The notes: generated by a model not told the origin, from the sequence alone. A DNA stretch of 64,000 nucleotides from an uncultured virus (IMG/VR IMGVR_UViG_3300003322_001263) (IMGVR_UViG_3300003322_001263); one strand, 5' to 3'; counted from the stretch's first letter, positions 39,191-48,172 are shown. Translations and numbers: made by a program.

Positions 39191-40174
39191 TTAGAAGATA
39201 GGTGTGCCACCTGTGCTTGCTAAATCGGCTTGTGCTTTTTTAACAAGCTCTTTCAGGACTGCATTCCCATTGTTGTTACCGCCACCATTATTCTGGTTTT
39301 GGTTGTTGTTGAAATTGTTGCGGTTGAATCCGCCGTTGTTATTGTTGTTGCCGTTGTTAAACTGGCCGGAGTTTTGATTTTGATTACGATTATTATTGTT
39401 GTTCTGTTGCTGTGAGGTTTCCTGAACAACTAATAATTTTTCGTCTGCCATAACCTTATCCAAGAAAATCTTGGGGGTCATTTGCCTGTTATCTTCGGTA
39501 AAGGCGTTGTTTCCTTCTTTGGTTTGAATTACGAAGTTGCCATTACTATCCAATTCCCATTGCAGCCCTTTAGACTTCATATTTTTATCAATAATGGCAT
39601 TGATAATAATATTCCTTGTTTCTGCATCTAGGCCATCGTGGATAGTTTTATAGCCAGCCATTAGATCACGCTTGGCATAATTCATATCTTTGGCGCGCAG
39701 CTTACCTTCGTATTCTGTTTTTATGCCGTTAATACTATCCTTTTCGGCGCGCAATTGCTTATTTAAATCAGCAATCTGGTCGTTAAGTGCTTGAGTTGTC
39801 GCCTTGCCCTGCCCGGCTTTAGCAGCTTCAAGTTCTTTTATCTTTTTAGCAATTAAGGCAGCGCGTTTAGTACTGCTTTTTTCGGCTTTAAGTTCGGTAA
39901 CAATATCGTCGCCAAACTTTTCATCTTCCATTAAGCGATCAAGCTCTGTATCAAGACCATTTAATGCAAGCGCGGTATAATGCTTTTTAATATCAGGGTG
40001 GTTGTTCTTTGCTTGGTCTATGCTAATTAGGCCGCGATCAATCAGCCCGGCTAAATCATCGCCTAATTCTACATTCGCATCAATAGCTGTTAAGGCGGTT
40101 TTAATTTTTTCATCATTTACATTACCGCCCGCCTTTACAATTAGGCTATTAATAAACTCACTGATTTTTGCCAT
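39191..40174 (-). CDS. Capsid scaffolding protein with N/Q-rich tail
   Basis: Coiled coil, upstream of MCP. Confidence 0.65.
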   Translation of the reverse strand: MAKISEFINSLIVKAGGNVNDEKIKTALTAIDANVELGDDLAGLIDRGLISIDQAKNNHPDIKKHYTALALNGLDTELDRLMEDEKFGDDIVTELKAEKSSTKRAALIAKKIKELEAAKAGQGKATTQALNDQIADLNKQLRAEKDSINGIKTEYEGKLRAKDMNYAKRDLMAGYKTIHDGLDAETRNIIINAIIDKNMKSKGLQWELDSNGNFVIQTKEGNNAFTEDNRQMTPKIFLDKVMADEKLLVVQETSQQQNNNNNRNQNQNSGQFNNGNNNNNGGFNRNNFNNNQNQNNGGGNNNGNAVLKELVKKAQADLASTGGTPIF

Positions 40175-40205
40175 AAAGATTTTCTATTCTTCTTGTATTT
40201 TTAAA

Positions 40206-40280
40206 TTATCTTCCGGTTCGTGGTTTTGGCCGCGGTCTTGTGCCGCCACTTGGCCTTCCGGTGCCACAACAATTTTCCAT
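40206..40280 (-). CDS. 24-aa basic micropeptide
   Basis: MENCCGTGRPSGGTRPRPKPRTGR between 40285..40530 and the scaffold. Confidence 0.4.
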   Translation of the reverse strand: MENCCGTGRPSGGTRPRPKPRTGR

Positions 40281-40284
40281 AATA

Positions 40285-40530
40285 TTATTTTTTTGCTGTT
40301 GCCGTTTTTGTAACCGGTACGGGAGTGCCCTGTTCGTCGTTCTTTACGACTTCTATTTTCTTTTTAAGAATCGGGGGCAACTTCTCGTTTTGCTTGCGCA
40401 AATGGTCTTCCGCAGTAAGCGGTAAAAATGTTTCTTTATAAACTATGCGATCATTTGCGTCCGTTTGCGGAGTAACGCCGTCAATAGTTACGGGCGTGGA
40501 TACCCTTAAATAATTTCCTTTGAATACCAT
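40285..40530 (-). CDS. Hypothetical protein, first gene of the head operon
   Basis: 81 aa; minus-strand TATTTTTG just upstream. Confidence 0.6.
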   Translation of the reverse strand: MVFKGNYLRVSTPVTIDGVTPQTDANDRIVYKETFLPLTAEDHLRKQNEKLPPILKKKIEVVKNDEQGTPVPVTKTATAKK

Positions 40531-40622
40531 AATTATTGCAAAAATAAATTTTGGTTATTATAATAATGTGTATTAAACTTGCAAAGGAAACCATTGGTTT
40601 CTATAATAAGGAGAATAAGTGA

Positions 40623-40826
40623 ATGCCCGGTTATACGTTTAAGAAAATTCCCCAAGACATTTATAAATTCATTTTATCTAAACAAAATAAACTCAAGCAA
40701 CAGCGCGGCACCAATAAGTTTAGCTTTGAGACTGCCGCCTATGCATTATTGCGTGAGCACCCGGAGTTTTCGGAATTTAAAAACAAACAAGAACAAGAAA
40801 TAAATGACTCATGCAAGCTTATGTAG
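40623..40826 (+). CDS. Small DNA-binding protein (RHH-like)
   Basis: YTFKKIP.DIY...SFETAAY.LLRE. Confidence 0.5.
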   Translation: MPGYTFKKIPQDIYKFILSKQNKLKQQRGTNKFSFETAAYALLREHPEFSEFKNKQEQEINDSCKLM

Positions 40827-41565
40827 TGGTATTGGGGGTTTTGATTTAGCGGCGCAATGGTGCGATTGGGAAAACGTATTCAATTGTGACATTGACGATT
40901 TTTGCAGAAAAGTCCTTAGGAAAAATTTTCCACATGTTAGACAATTTATTGATTTACGAAATACTGATTTTTCTGAATACAAAAATAAAATAGATGTCTT
41001 ATCAGCAGGCTTCCCATGCCAACCTTTTTCAATTGCCGGAAAACAATTGGGAATTAAGCATGAGCATTACTTACTTGAATATTTGTGCATCGCATTTGGA
41101 CAGTTACTACCAAGATGGATCGTTTGCGAAAACGTTCCTAATATACTTCAACCAAAATTTAAACCTACTATCGAATACCTATTCTCATATTTGGAGAGTA
41201 AAAATTATACATTCAAGATATTTAATGTGCCAGCTTCTGCTGCGGGAGCGGCGCACAAAAGGGAAAGGGTCTGGATTATTGCCCACGCCAACGGCATCGG
41301 ATTCAAAGGGGGAAAGCAAAGGCTGCAAGCGCCATATGAGCAAATCAATGATAAGACGTATTGCACTCCAACATTGTTACAGCCAGGTAGGTTCGGAAAC
41401 AGCATACCCACACCCAGAATTTTTAGAACAAGTGATGGGTTTCCCGATGGGGTGGACAGAATTAAATCATTAGGTAATGCCATACTGCCGCAAATTGCCT
41501 ATGGTTTTTTTAAAACTATACAACAAATAGAAGATGAAATTAAGCCTTTGCATCACGACGTATAA
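40804..41565 (+). CDS. DNA (cytosine-5)-methyltransferase, alpha chain (no clear motif IX)
   Basis: SLCSGIGG (I), GFPCQPFS (IV), ENV (VI), HKRERVW (VIII), RIKSLGNA (X). Confidence 0.92.
   Translation: MTHASLCSGIGGFDLAAQWCDWENVFNCDIDDFCRKVLRKNFPHVRQFIDLRNTDFSEYKNKIDVLSAGFPCQPFSIAGKQLGIKHEHYLLEYLCIAFGQLLPRWIVCENVPNILQPKFKPTIEYLFSYLESKNYTFKIFNVPASAAGAAHKRERVWIIAHANGIGFKGGKQRLQAPYEQINDKTYCTPTLLQPGRFGNSIPTPRIFRTSDGFPDGVDRIKSLGNAILPQIAYGFFKTIQQIEDEIKPLHHDV
40994..41473 (+). CDS. Overlapping-frame C5-MTase beta chain (TRD segment + motif IX)
   Basis: LLPTPTASD and HPEFLEQVMGFPMGWT in a second frame inside the MTase gene. Confidence 0.7.
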   Translation: MSYQQASHANLFQLPENNWELSMSITYLNICASHLDSYYQDGSFAKTFLIYFNQNLNLLSNTYSHIWRVKIIHSRYLMCQLLLRERRTKGKGSGLLPTPTASDSKGESKGCKRHMSKSMIRRIALQHCYSQVGSETAYPHPEFLEQVMGFPMGWTELNH

Positions 41566-42271
41566 CCGGTACTTGTTAACAATTGCAAGTTTTGCTAAGG
41601 TTATAAACGATCCACGTATAGACGATATAGTTATACTTGACGATTGTAGCGCCGACCGTAGCTTTTTTGCATTGCAAAAAAGCTTCAAAGAGAATGCAAA
41701 AGTTCGCTTAATGACTCAAGCCAAAAATAAGGGCATGAGTCAGAACAAGCGCGACGCTATTGCTGCTGCCAAAAACGAATGGGTTATTATTTTTGATAGC
41801 GATAACGTTATAGACCCAACGTATTTGGATGCCTTTTATAAATACATAACCGACAACAAAGGTATAACCAGAATCCCGGCAGGGGATGATAATTTTATTT
41901 TTTGTCCTGATTTTGCCAAGCCAAATTTTGATTATCGCGCATTCGCGCAAGGCGCTCCAACTCATGGCATTTATGACGCCAAAGATGCAGCCCGCTGCAT
42001 AATAGACAGCCGTTTTAATTGTTTAATGAACACATGCAATTATATTGTTAACCGCGATTTTTATTTGGGTACTTATAGATACAACTCTGAGCATATTGCC
42101 AGCGATACAATTTGGCACAATTACAACCATTTAAAAGCCGGTGGCAAATTTGCAATTGTGCCGGGAATGCAATACTTCCACCGCGTGCATGATGGCAGTG
42201 GCTTCAAACAAGGTATAGAATACAATCTGCAAAAAACAGAACAGGTTCGTCAGCTAATTAAACAATTATAA
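41534..42271 (+). CDS. Glycosyltransferase family 2
   Basis: CITTYNR, ILDDCSAD, IFDSDN. Confidence 0.9.
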   Translation: MKLSLCITTYNRYLLTIASFAKVINDPRIDDIVILDDCSADRSFFALQKSFKENAKVRLMTQAKNKGMSQNKRDAIAAAKNEWVIIFDSDNVIDPTYLDAFYKYITDNKGITRIPAGDDNFIFCPDFAKPNFDYRAFAQGAPTHGIYDAKDAARCIIDSRFNCLMNTCNYIVNRDFYLGTYRYNSEHIASDTIWHNYNHLKAGGKFAIVPGMQYFHRVHDGSGFKQGIEYNLQKTEQVRQLIKQL

Positions 42272-42283
42272 AATCACACAACA

Positions 42284-42538
42284 ATGTCAAAGAACATCAA
42301 CGTGGAAGCGCACGTTAACCGCTACCTTGTTACCGAACTGAGCGATGTAGTTTCTTTAATTGGTGCATTACAAGCACTTGTTGAAAAACGTAAGGGCGAT
42401 GCAATTGCCGAATACGAAGCAAAACTCAATGCGCTTAGAAATGGTGAAGTGCCTGTAACCGAAAAAGTGGCTCCCGTTAAAAAGAAAACCCGCGGTGGCA
42501 AACCTATTGCAGAAACTAACGAAGAAGCTACTGCATGA
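42284..42538 (+). CDS. Hypothetical protein
   Basis: 84-aa ORF. Confidence 0.55.
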   Translation: MSKNINVEAHVNRYLVTELSDVVSLIGALQALVEKRKGDAIAEYEAKLNALRNGEVPVTEKVAPVKKKTRGGKPIAETNEEATA

Positions 42539-43284
42539 TAATTCCAAAGCTATATGGGCGGCTCGGCAATCAGTGCTTTCAGATTGCCGCCGCTATAGCT
42601 CATGCCAATAAAATGGAAACAACATGGGCTATCCCAAGGCGAACAGAAGACTTGCGTTATTGGCCAAATTATTTTTTAAATGAAGTGCCGCTTAATAATA
42701 GAAGACATTTTTTCGATGTAAATAATTACAATGAATTGCGGCATTGTTATGACCCTTTACCTACTACCAAAGACTTAACATTAAATGGCTATTTTCAAAG
42801 CGAAAAATATTGGCCTGCGCTTGAGCAAAAAACAATCATAGGCAATGCATTAGGGTTTCATTGCAATAAACAAGATTACATAGCCGTACATGTGCGCCGG
42901 GGCGATTATGTTAATCTATATAGCGAAAAATGGCCCCCATTGGACATGGATTATTATAACCAAGCTATAGAATATTTTATAGAACATGGTTATGATAATT
43001 TTAGAGTTTATAGCGATGATATTAATTATTGCAAGCAGGAATTTTGCAATAACATAGGCTGGAATGTAACATATAGTAGTATCAAAGACCCGTTATCCGA
43101 TATGCGCGACATGTATAATGCCGGCGGGTTTATAATAAGCAACAGTACATTTAGTTTATTCCCTGCTTTATTACGATTAGACAACCCCGTTGTTGTTGCG
43201 CCTGCTGAACACCGTTGGTTTGGCCCGGATAATGCACATTTGGAAACCATTGATTTAATGCCTGAGCGGTTTATAAAAATATAA
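42535..43284 (+). CDS. Glycosyltransferase family 11 (alpha-1,2-fucosyltransferase-like)
   Basis: GRLGNQCFQ, GYFQSEKY, HVRRGDY, YSDD, SNSTFS. Confidence 0.92.
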   Translation: MIIPKLYGRLGNQCFQIAAAIAHANKMETTWAIPRRTEDLRYWPNYFLNEVPLNNRRHFFDVNNYNELRHCYDPLPTTKDLTLNGYFQSEKYWPALEQKTIIGNALGFHCNKQDYIAVHVRRGDYVNLYSEKWPPLDMDYYNQAIEYFIEHGYDNFRVYSDDINYCKQEFCNNIGWNVTYSSIKDPLSDMRDMYNAGGFIISNSTFSLFPALLRLDNPVVVAPAEHRWFGPDNAHLETIDLMPERFIKI

Positions 43285-43287
43285 TTT

Positions 43288-43494
43288 ATGACAAACACAT
43301 TAAAACCAATAGAAGAACTTAATGAAGGGCATTGGCATGAAGCCTGTGACCGCACCCATTGCGTAATTGAAATTATTGATAACATGCTGGTTAATCATCC
43401 TGCAATAGCTCAAGACCCCGTATTATTACAGCAAGTACAATACGCGCAGGAAATACTTGGAACGGTCTACCAAGCAGCCGGTGAAAAATTTTAA
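43288..43494 (+). CDS. Hypothetical protein
   Basis: HWHEACDRTH...HPAI. Confidence 0.6.
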   Translation: MTNTLKPIEELNEGHWHEACDRTHCVIEIIDNMLVNHPAIAQDPVLLQQVQYAQEILGTVYQAAGEKF

Positions 43495-43496
43495 CT

Positions 43497-43766
43497 ATGA
43501 ACTTCCACGCAAGCAATGAATTTCAGTGTCCGTATTGCGGCACAACTCTTGATACGGCAGCGGCCAGCCACCCAGACCAAAAGCCGCAGGATGGCCATTA
43601 TACAATTTGTGCAGAATGCGCTGGCATATGTATATACGTTATTAAAGATGGCAATGTAAGCATGCGCAAGACTGATGAAAAAGACTTAGATTATGCCCGG
43701 CAAGTTGGCCTATGGGACGAAATTGAACAAATGATTGATTTTGTAAAAAGCAAACCAAATAAATGA
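43497..43766 (+). CDS. Zinc-ribbon protein
   Basis: CPYC...CAEC. Confidence 0.6.
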   Translation: MNFHASNEFQCPYCGTTLDTAAASHPDQKPQDGHYTICAECAGICIYVIKDGNVSMRKTDEKDLDYARQVGLWDEIEQMIDFVKSKPNK

Positions 43767-44308
43767 TTAAATTCTTACAGCATAGTAGCCCAAAGTACCC
43801 GCCGCGCACCTTTGAAAACGCAAGCGCAGACGCTACAATTGCTTTTGCATTTGATTTTAATACACCCGGTGAAAAGTTAACAAAAGAAGCCGTTAAGACG
43901 CAAGGGAAAATTTACCTGCATGTAGATGTAAGGTCAGAGCCTTCTGTAACCGGTAGATTGCATATTGCAAATCAATTAATAAATGCAAGTACTTTAAATA
44001 TAGCCGGTAACCAACTTTGCACAATTATAAAAAACGGATATACACAGCACCAAACGGATGAAAGCGTATATAGATACCTTGGCGAAATATTAGAATTGCG
44101 CAGCAAACAAACGGCTTTAGATATTCAACTTATACGTAGTGGTGGCCAAAGTGGTTTTGACGAAGCAGGTTTAAAAGCTGCTGCGCGCTTAGGCATACCG
44201 GCGTTATGTTTATGCCCACAAGGCTGGAAGTTTAATGACGCAACCGGCAAGGTTATTTGCGACGAACAACGTTTTAAGAACCGGTTTCCTAATGAATTTA
44301 TTATGTAA
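43763..44308 (+). CDS. SLOG-superfamily (MoCo-carrier-like) protein, permuted order
   Basis: YPPRT..N...DAT, TLNIAGN, RSGGQSGFDEAGL. Confidence 0.72.
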   Translation: MIKFLQHSSPKYPPRTFENASADATIAFAFDFNTPGEKLTKEAVKTQGKIYLHVDVRSEPSVTGRLHIANQLINASTLNIAGNQLCTIIKNGYTQHQTDESVYRYLGEILELRSKQTALDIQLIRSGGQSGFDEAGLKAAARLGIPALCLCPQGWKFNDATGKVICDEQRFKNRFPNEFIM

Positions 44309-44473
44309 ATAAGGGTAAATTGCAGTTATGGAAATTACGCCACAAGATAAGACTTTTACTAACGATGAAGTGTATAATCTGCTTATTGAATTTGCGATTA
44401 CTTATATTAGATCCGCTACTAAAGACATTGCAAACGACGCATCTGAATTTTTAATGGATAAATTAAAAGAAAA

Positions 44474-45034
44474 ATGCCTACCCGCCTAGAAGCATTAGCG
44501 GCCAAATACGGCACCGATAAATTGGAACATGGTTATATACCATTTTACGAAAAGCATCTACCTAAAGAGCCTAAGCGCATTTTGGAGATAGGCGTAAAGG
44601 AAGGCCGCAGCCTTGCAATGTGGGCCGAATATTTTCCGGATGCTGAAATACATGGGTTGGATTTATTTTTAGAAAATACGCAAGGCAACGTTTGGGATTA
44701 TCTTGTATTACAAGATGCGCCATTAATTAAAACTTCTTTACATAGCGGCAATCAGTGTGATTGGCGTGTACTTGAAGAACTGCGTAAATATGACTTTGAT
44801 GTTATAATAGACGACGGTAGCCATAATAGCCGCGACCAACTTATGACGTTCTTTGGCCTGTTTAATAGCAAGCATTATTTTATAGAAGATTTACATTGCT
44901 GCCGGGAAGGCTTTTACCGGCAAGATTTACCATATGAAGCAACAATAGACCGGCAATTCGATTTCGATTACCCTTTAAGGCCGTTTATGCAAGACCGTGA
45001 TGATAATATTATTGTATTCTACGAAAAAATATAA
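44474..45034 (+). CDS. Class I SAM-dependent (sugar O-)methyltransferase
   Basis: YGTDK.HGY, ILEIGV..G.SL, IIDDGSH, IEDLH. Confidence 0.82.
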   Translation: MPTRLEALAAKYGTDKLEHGYIPFYEKHLPKEPKRILEIGVKEGRSLAMWAEYFPDAEIHGLDLFLENTQGNVWDYLVLQDAPLIKTSLHSGNQCDWRVLEELRKYDFDVIIDDGSHNSRDQLMTFFGLFNSKHYFIEDLHCCREGFYRQDLPYEATIDRQFDFDYPLRPFMQDRDDNIIVFYEKI

Positions 45035-45039
45035 TAGCC

Positions 45040-45687
45040 ATGCTGCTTAACCTAACAGATTTAATTCAAAAATACTCTTTAAAAATAACCGGAATTGTGC
45101 ATGTTGGAGCGCATTTTGGCGAAGAAGTTGCCGACTACCATAAACAAGGGATAAAGGATATTATTCTAATTGAACCATGCGGCCCGGCATTTAAAAAATT
45201 ACAAAATAGATTTGCAGGCCATAATCATATAAGGTTAATACATTGCGCATGCGCTGCCGTAGATGGCGAAGCTTTAATGTATATCGAAACGGCTAATAAT
45301 GGGCAAAGCAATAGTCTATTGCAGCCAATGCGTCATTTACAACATTACCCGGATATACAATTTAAAAGTACGGAACAGGTTCGTGTTATGAAGCTTGATT
45401 CTATTATGGCAATGATACCAACCGGCAATTGGTTTAACATGATTAATATGGATGTGCAAGGCGCAGAAGGCGCGGTTATTATTGGCGGTAAGGAAACACT
45501 TGCGCATATTGATTATGTTTATACTGAAGTAAATGACGATGCAGCGCAGCTATATAAGAATGCGACCAAAATCAGCGAACTTGACGAACTGCTTAAAGAT
45601 TTTTTGCGTGTTGAAACCGCTTGGACTCAGCAAGGCTGGGGAGATGCTTTGTATATACGCAAGACAAAAATAAATAATTATTTATAA
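45040..45687 (+). CDS. FkbM-family methyltransferase
   Basis: HVGAHFGEE, NMDVQGAE, WGDALY. Confidence 0.9.
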   Translation: MLLNLTDLIQKYSLKITGIVHVGAHFGEEVADYHKQGIKDIILIEPCGPAFKKLQNRFAGHNHIRLIHCACAAVDGEALMYIETANNGQSNSLLQPMRHLQHYPDIQFKSTEQVRVMKLDSIMAMIPTGNWFNMINMDVQGAEGAVIIGGKETLAHIDYVYTEVNDDAAQLYKNATKISELDELLKDFLRVETAWTQQGWGDALYIRKTKINNYL

Positions 45688-45804
45688 AGATGCAGCGGTC
45701 GGCCTCATTCCAGTGAGTGAAACCACGTAAGCCAGTGGGCAATGTTATAGCGTATGCACAAGCGTTATGATAGGGATGAAAACACAAAATTTGAGGTGTG
45801 CGTC

Positions 45805-45884
45805 TAACTAGTGGTGTAACTAGGTAACATAGATAGATACGCGATCTATAAACGATGCAGGTTCGATTCCTGCCTAGTTAGCAA
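45805..45884 (+). tRNA. Atypical tRNA-like element; nominal anticodon CGC but A33
   Basis: Acceptor TAACTAG/CTAGTTA, D GTGT/ACAT, ATAGA-TACGCGA-TCTAT, T arm GCAGG-TTCGATT-CCTGC. Confidence 0.6.
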
Positions 45885-45920
45885 TTTTAACTACACATAT
45901 AAATGTTAAAAATTCACAAC

Positions 45921-45994
45921 CGCGTTAACGACTACGCGATACGGTAGTGCATCGGTCGAGATTATGGCTTCAGTTATAATCTAAGGCAATGCTG
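45921..45994 (+). ncRNA. Pseudoknotted RNA with pistol-ribozyme-like topology
   Basis: P1, P2, P3 and a pseudoknot can be paired by eye; catalytic consensus not matched. Confidence 0.35.
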
Positions 45995-46036
45995 ACTTTT
46001 AGCCGAGTATTTTCAAAGTAAAACTCGGCATTCATT

Positions 46037-46315
46037 ATGATACATGAACTTAAAACATGGCCTGAATATTTTCAAGCAATAGTAAGCGGCGATAAGACGT
46101 TTGAACTGCGTAAAAACGATCGTAATTTTCAAACAGGCGATCACCTGAAATTAATGGAATATATGCCATGTGGTCACGGGGTATATACGCCGCGTTCTAT
46201 TGGTTATTATACAGGGGCATTTGTTACAATGAAAGTTACATATGTGCTGCAAGGTGGCAGACTTGGTATTGAAAATGGATATTGCATACTTGGCATACAA
46301 TCAATTAATTTATGA
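46037..46315 (+). CDS. ASCH/DUF3850 domain protein
   Basis: HELKTWPEYF.AI.SG.KTFELRKNDR.FQ.GD. Confidence 0.9.
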   Translation: MIHELKTWPEYFQAIVSGDKTFELRKNDRNFQTGDHLKLMEYMPCGHGVYTPRSIGYYTGAFVTMKVTYVLQGGRLGIENGYCILGIQSINL

Positions 46316-46719
46316 AAGAAGAAATACGCAAAGAAGTTGAGCGCATACGGCGCGAATGGAATAATATAGAACGCGATCAGCAAGAAATTTCTAAGGCATT
46401 TGACGCATTAATTACTTCCGCAAACAAAGAATATGATTGGCATATAAACAATATTACCGTAGCCGATGCCATTGCCCGCATACGCTTAGAGCTTGAAAAA
46501 GACAAAGCGCCCGGCAGTTATTACTATGCATGGCAGGCGAATATAGCTATGTGCTTTTATGATGCATATAAAACATATTGCAATGATGGGCAAATGAGTG
46601 GCATGGCTTATATACACGAAATTGCAAATAAAGCAGCAATAAATTTTCTTACAATATTATGCTCGACCAACGGCAACAATACCGGGCTGACAAAGCAAGA
46701 AGAATTGCAGAAGTCGTAA
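46312..46719 (+). CDS. Hypothetical protein
   Basis: YYYAWQANIAMCFYD...IHEIANKAA.NFL. Confidence 0.65.
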   Translation: MKEEIRKEVERIRREWNNIERDQQEISKAFDALITSANKEYDWHINNITVADAIARIRLELEKDKAPGSYYYAWQANIAMCFYDAYKTYCNDGQMSGMAYIHEIANKAAINFLTILCSTNGNNTGLTKQEELQKS

Positions 46720-47126
46720 TCAATACGGCGGCAGGCATAGCTAAGTTATTACCGGCAGCTTACCCGCGCAAGCGCCCGCGCATATGCAAGCGCATGCCCG
46801 CCCGCGCGCATCAGTACAGGCGCGCACAGGTGCGCTCCCGCGCGGAAGCTCGCATACAAATGCATATAACCCGCGCTATGGGCGCGGCTCAAATATGGCT
46901 TATTACTTCATCACCGATACCAAAATACCCGATTGGCGGGCCTATAAACGATGGACAAAAAGAAACGAATGGATATGGGGACACCATTTATAACATTCAA
47001 CAACAAGAACAAGAACATAGTACAAGTTCCGCGCCATTTAACACCAATGCAATTCAGCCGTTATCCATCCGACAATGCGATTACATTCGAGCGTTGGTTT
47101 CTGAATCAATGGACAAACGCAGATAG
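46659..47126 (+). CDS. Small basic protein with a tape-measure-like motif
   Basis: IAEVVINTAAGIAK...GAAQIWLITSSPIPKYPIGG. Confidence 0.45.
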   Translation: MLDQRQQYRADKARRIAEVVINTAAGIAKLLPAAYPRKRPRICKRMPARAHQYRRAQVRSRAEARIQMHITRAMGAAQIWLITSSPIPKYPIGGPINDGQKETNGYGDTIYNIQQQEQEHSTSSAPFNTNAIQPLSIRQCDYIRALVSESMDKRR

Positions 47127-47868
47127 TGTTGACAGGCATTACTTGCCCATACAATGGACAGCACTATATTGTAATAATGGCTACGGTAATGCGCCAATAT
47201 TGCACACCATACAAGAATTTCTTGATACGCTGCCGACTGATAAAAAATATTATACCATTGTGCAATATGACGACGGTATATTAAACAATATAGGCCATTT
47301 AGATATAGAGGTATGCGCTATGTCTGGGCCGCGTATAGACTTTAGCTTGCCATTGCTTTGTACGCCACATAAACTTAATTTTATTTACTCGGCTAAAGAA
47401 GCTAACAAAAAGTACAAAGCAAGCTTTGTTGGTAACTTAACCCATGCAATACGCGCTACTATGATAGAGCAATTGCAAGATAAAGAAGGTTATTATATTA
47501 GCACAAATCACCACCCTTTATTTGAATATAACAAGATTATTGCATTAAGTAAGTACGTATTATGCCCGCGCGGTTATGGCGCAAATAGTTTCCGCATACA
47601 AGAGGCGATAGATTTTGGCGCAATACCAATCTATATAAGCGATGAATTTATATTCCCTTATAACATGCCCGCATTCCCATTTGGAGTGCTACTAAAACCT
47701 GAAGATGATATTACTGCGGCTATAGCTTACATTGAACAAACCGGGCAAGATAAAATTATACGCGCATGTATAGACGCTAATAAAAAGCTGTATACGTATG
47801 CCGGGTGTAAACAAGAAATATTGGCTCATTTAAAACAACAAGAAAAGGAAAACAATAATGGTGTATAG
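46951..47868 (+). CDS. Exostosin-like glycosyltransferase (GT47); start uncertain
   Basis: ASFVG, SKYVLCPRGYGANSFRIQEAI..GAIP.YISD. Confidence 0.85.
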   Translation: MDKKKRMDMGTPFITFNNKNKNIVQVPRHLTPMQFSRYPSDNAITFERWFLNQWTNADSVDRHYLPIQWTALYCNNGYGNAPILHTIQEFLDTLPTDKKYYTIVQYDDGILNNIGHLDIEVCAMSGPRIDFSLPLLCTPHKLNFIYSAKEANKKYKASFVGNLTHAIRATMIEQLQDKEGYYISTNHHPLFEYNKIIALSKYVLCPRGYGANSFRIQEAIDFGAIPIYISDEFIFPYNMPAFPFGVLLKPEDDITAAIAYIEQTGQDKIIRACIDANKKLYTYAGCKQEILAHLKQQEKENNNGV

Positions 47869-48172
47869 CTATAATTATATACTACCAGATCACCCATACG
47901 TTAATACTGAAACATATAACGAACATGCACAACGTGTTGGCATGCGCAATATAGCCGACATGATTTATAGGGATTTTAAATATAAGGCAGATGGCTTTGA
48001 TAATTGGTCTGGGAGGCAACGGTTTAAAATCGAATTAGTAGTTTTTGACCTAGATACATTTAATGCATTTATGCAAAAGCTTGAAGATATAATGAACCTT
48101 ACGCAATCCCGGCAATTATTAGAATTTTTAAATGAATTACAACCAAATGCAGACCAACAAGCCGAAGACTAA
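47858..48172 (+). CDS. Hypothetical protein
   Basis: 104 aa, overlapping neighbours. Confidence 0.5.
   Translation: MVYSYNYILPDHPYVNTETYNEHAQRVGMRNIADMIYRDFKYKADGFDNWSGRQRFKIELVVFDLDTFNAFMQKLEDIMNLTQSRQLLEFLNELQPNADQQAED

Noticed and set aside
45881..45920. Theta (HDV-like) ribozyme at tRNA 3' ends
   Set aside because: No nested double pseudoknot could be built directly after any tRNA-like element
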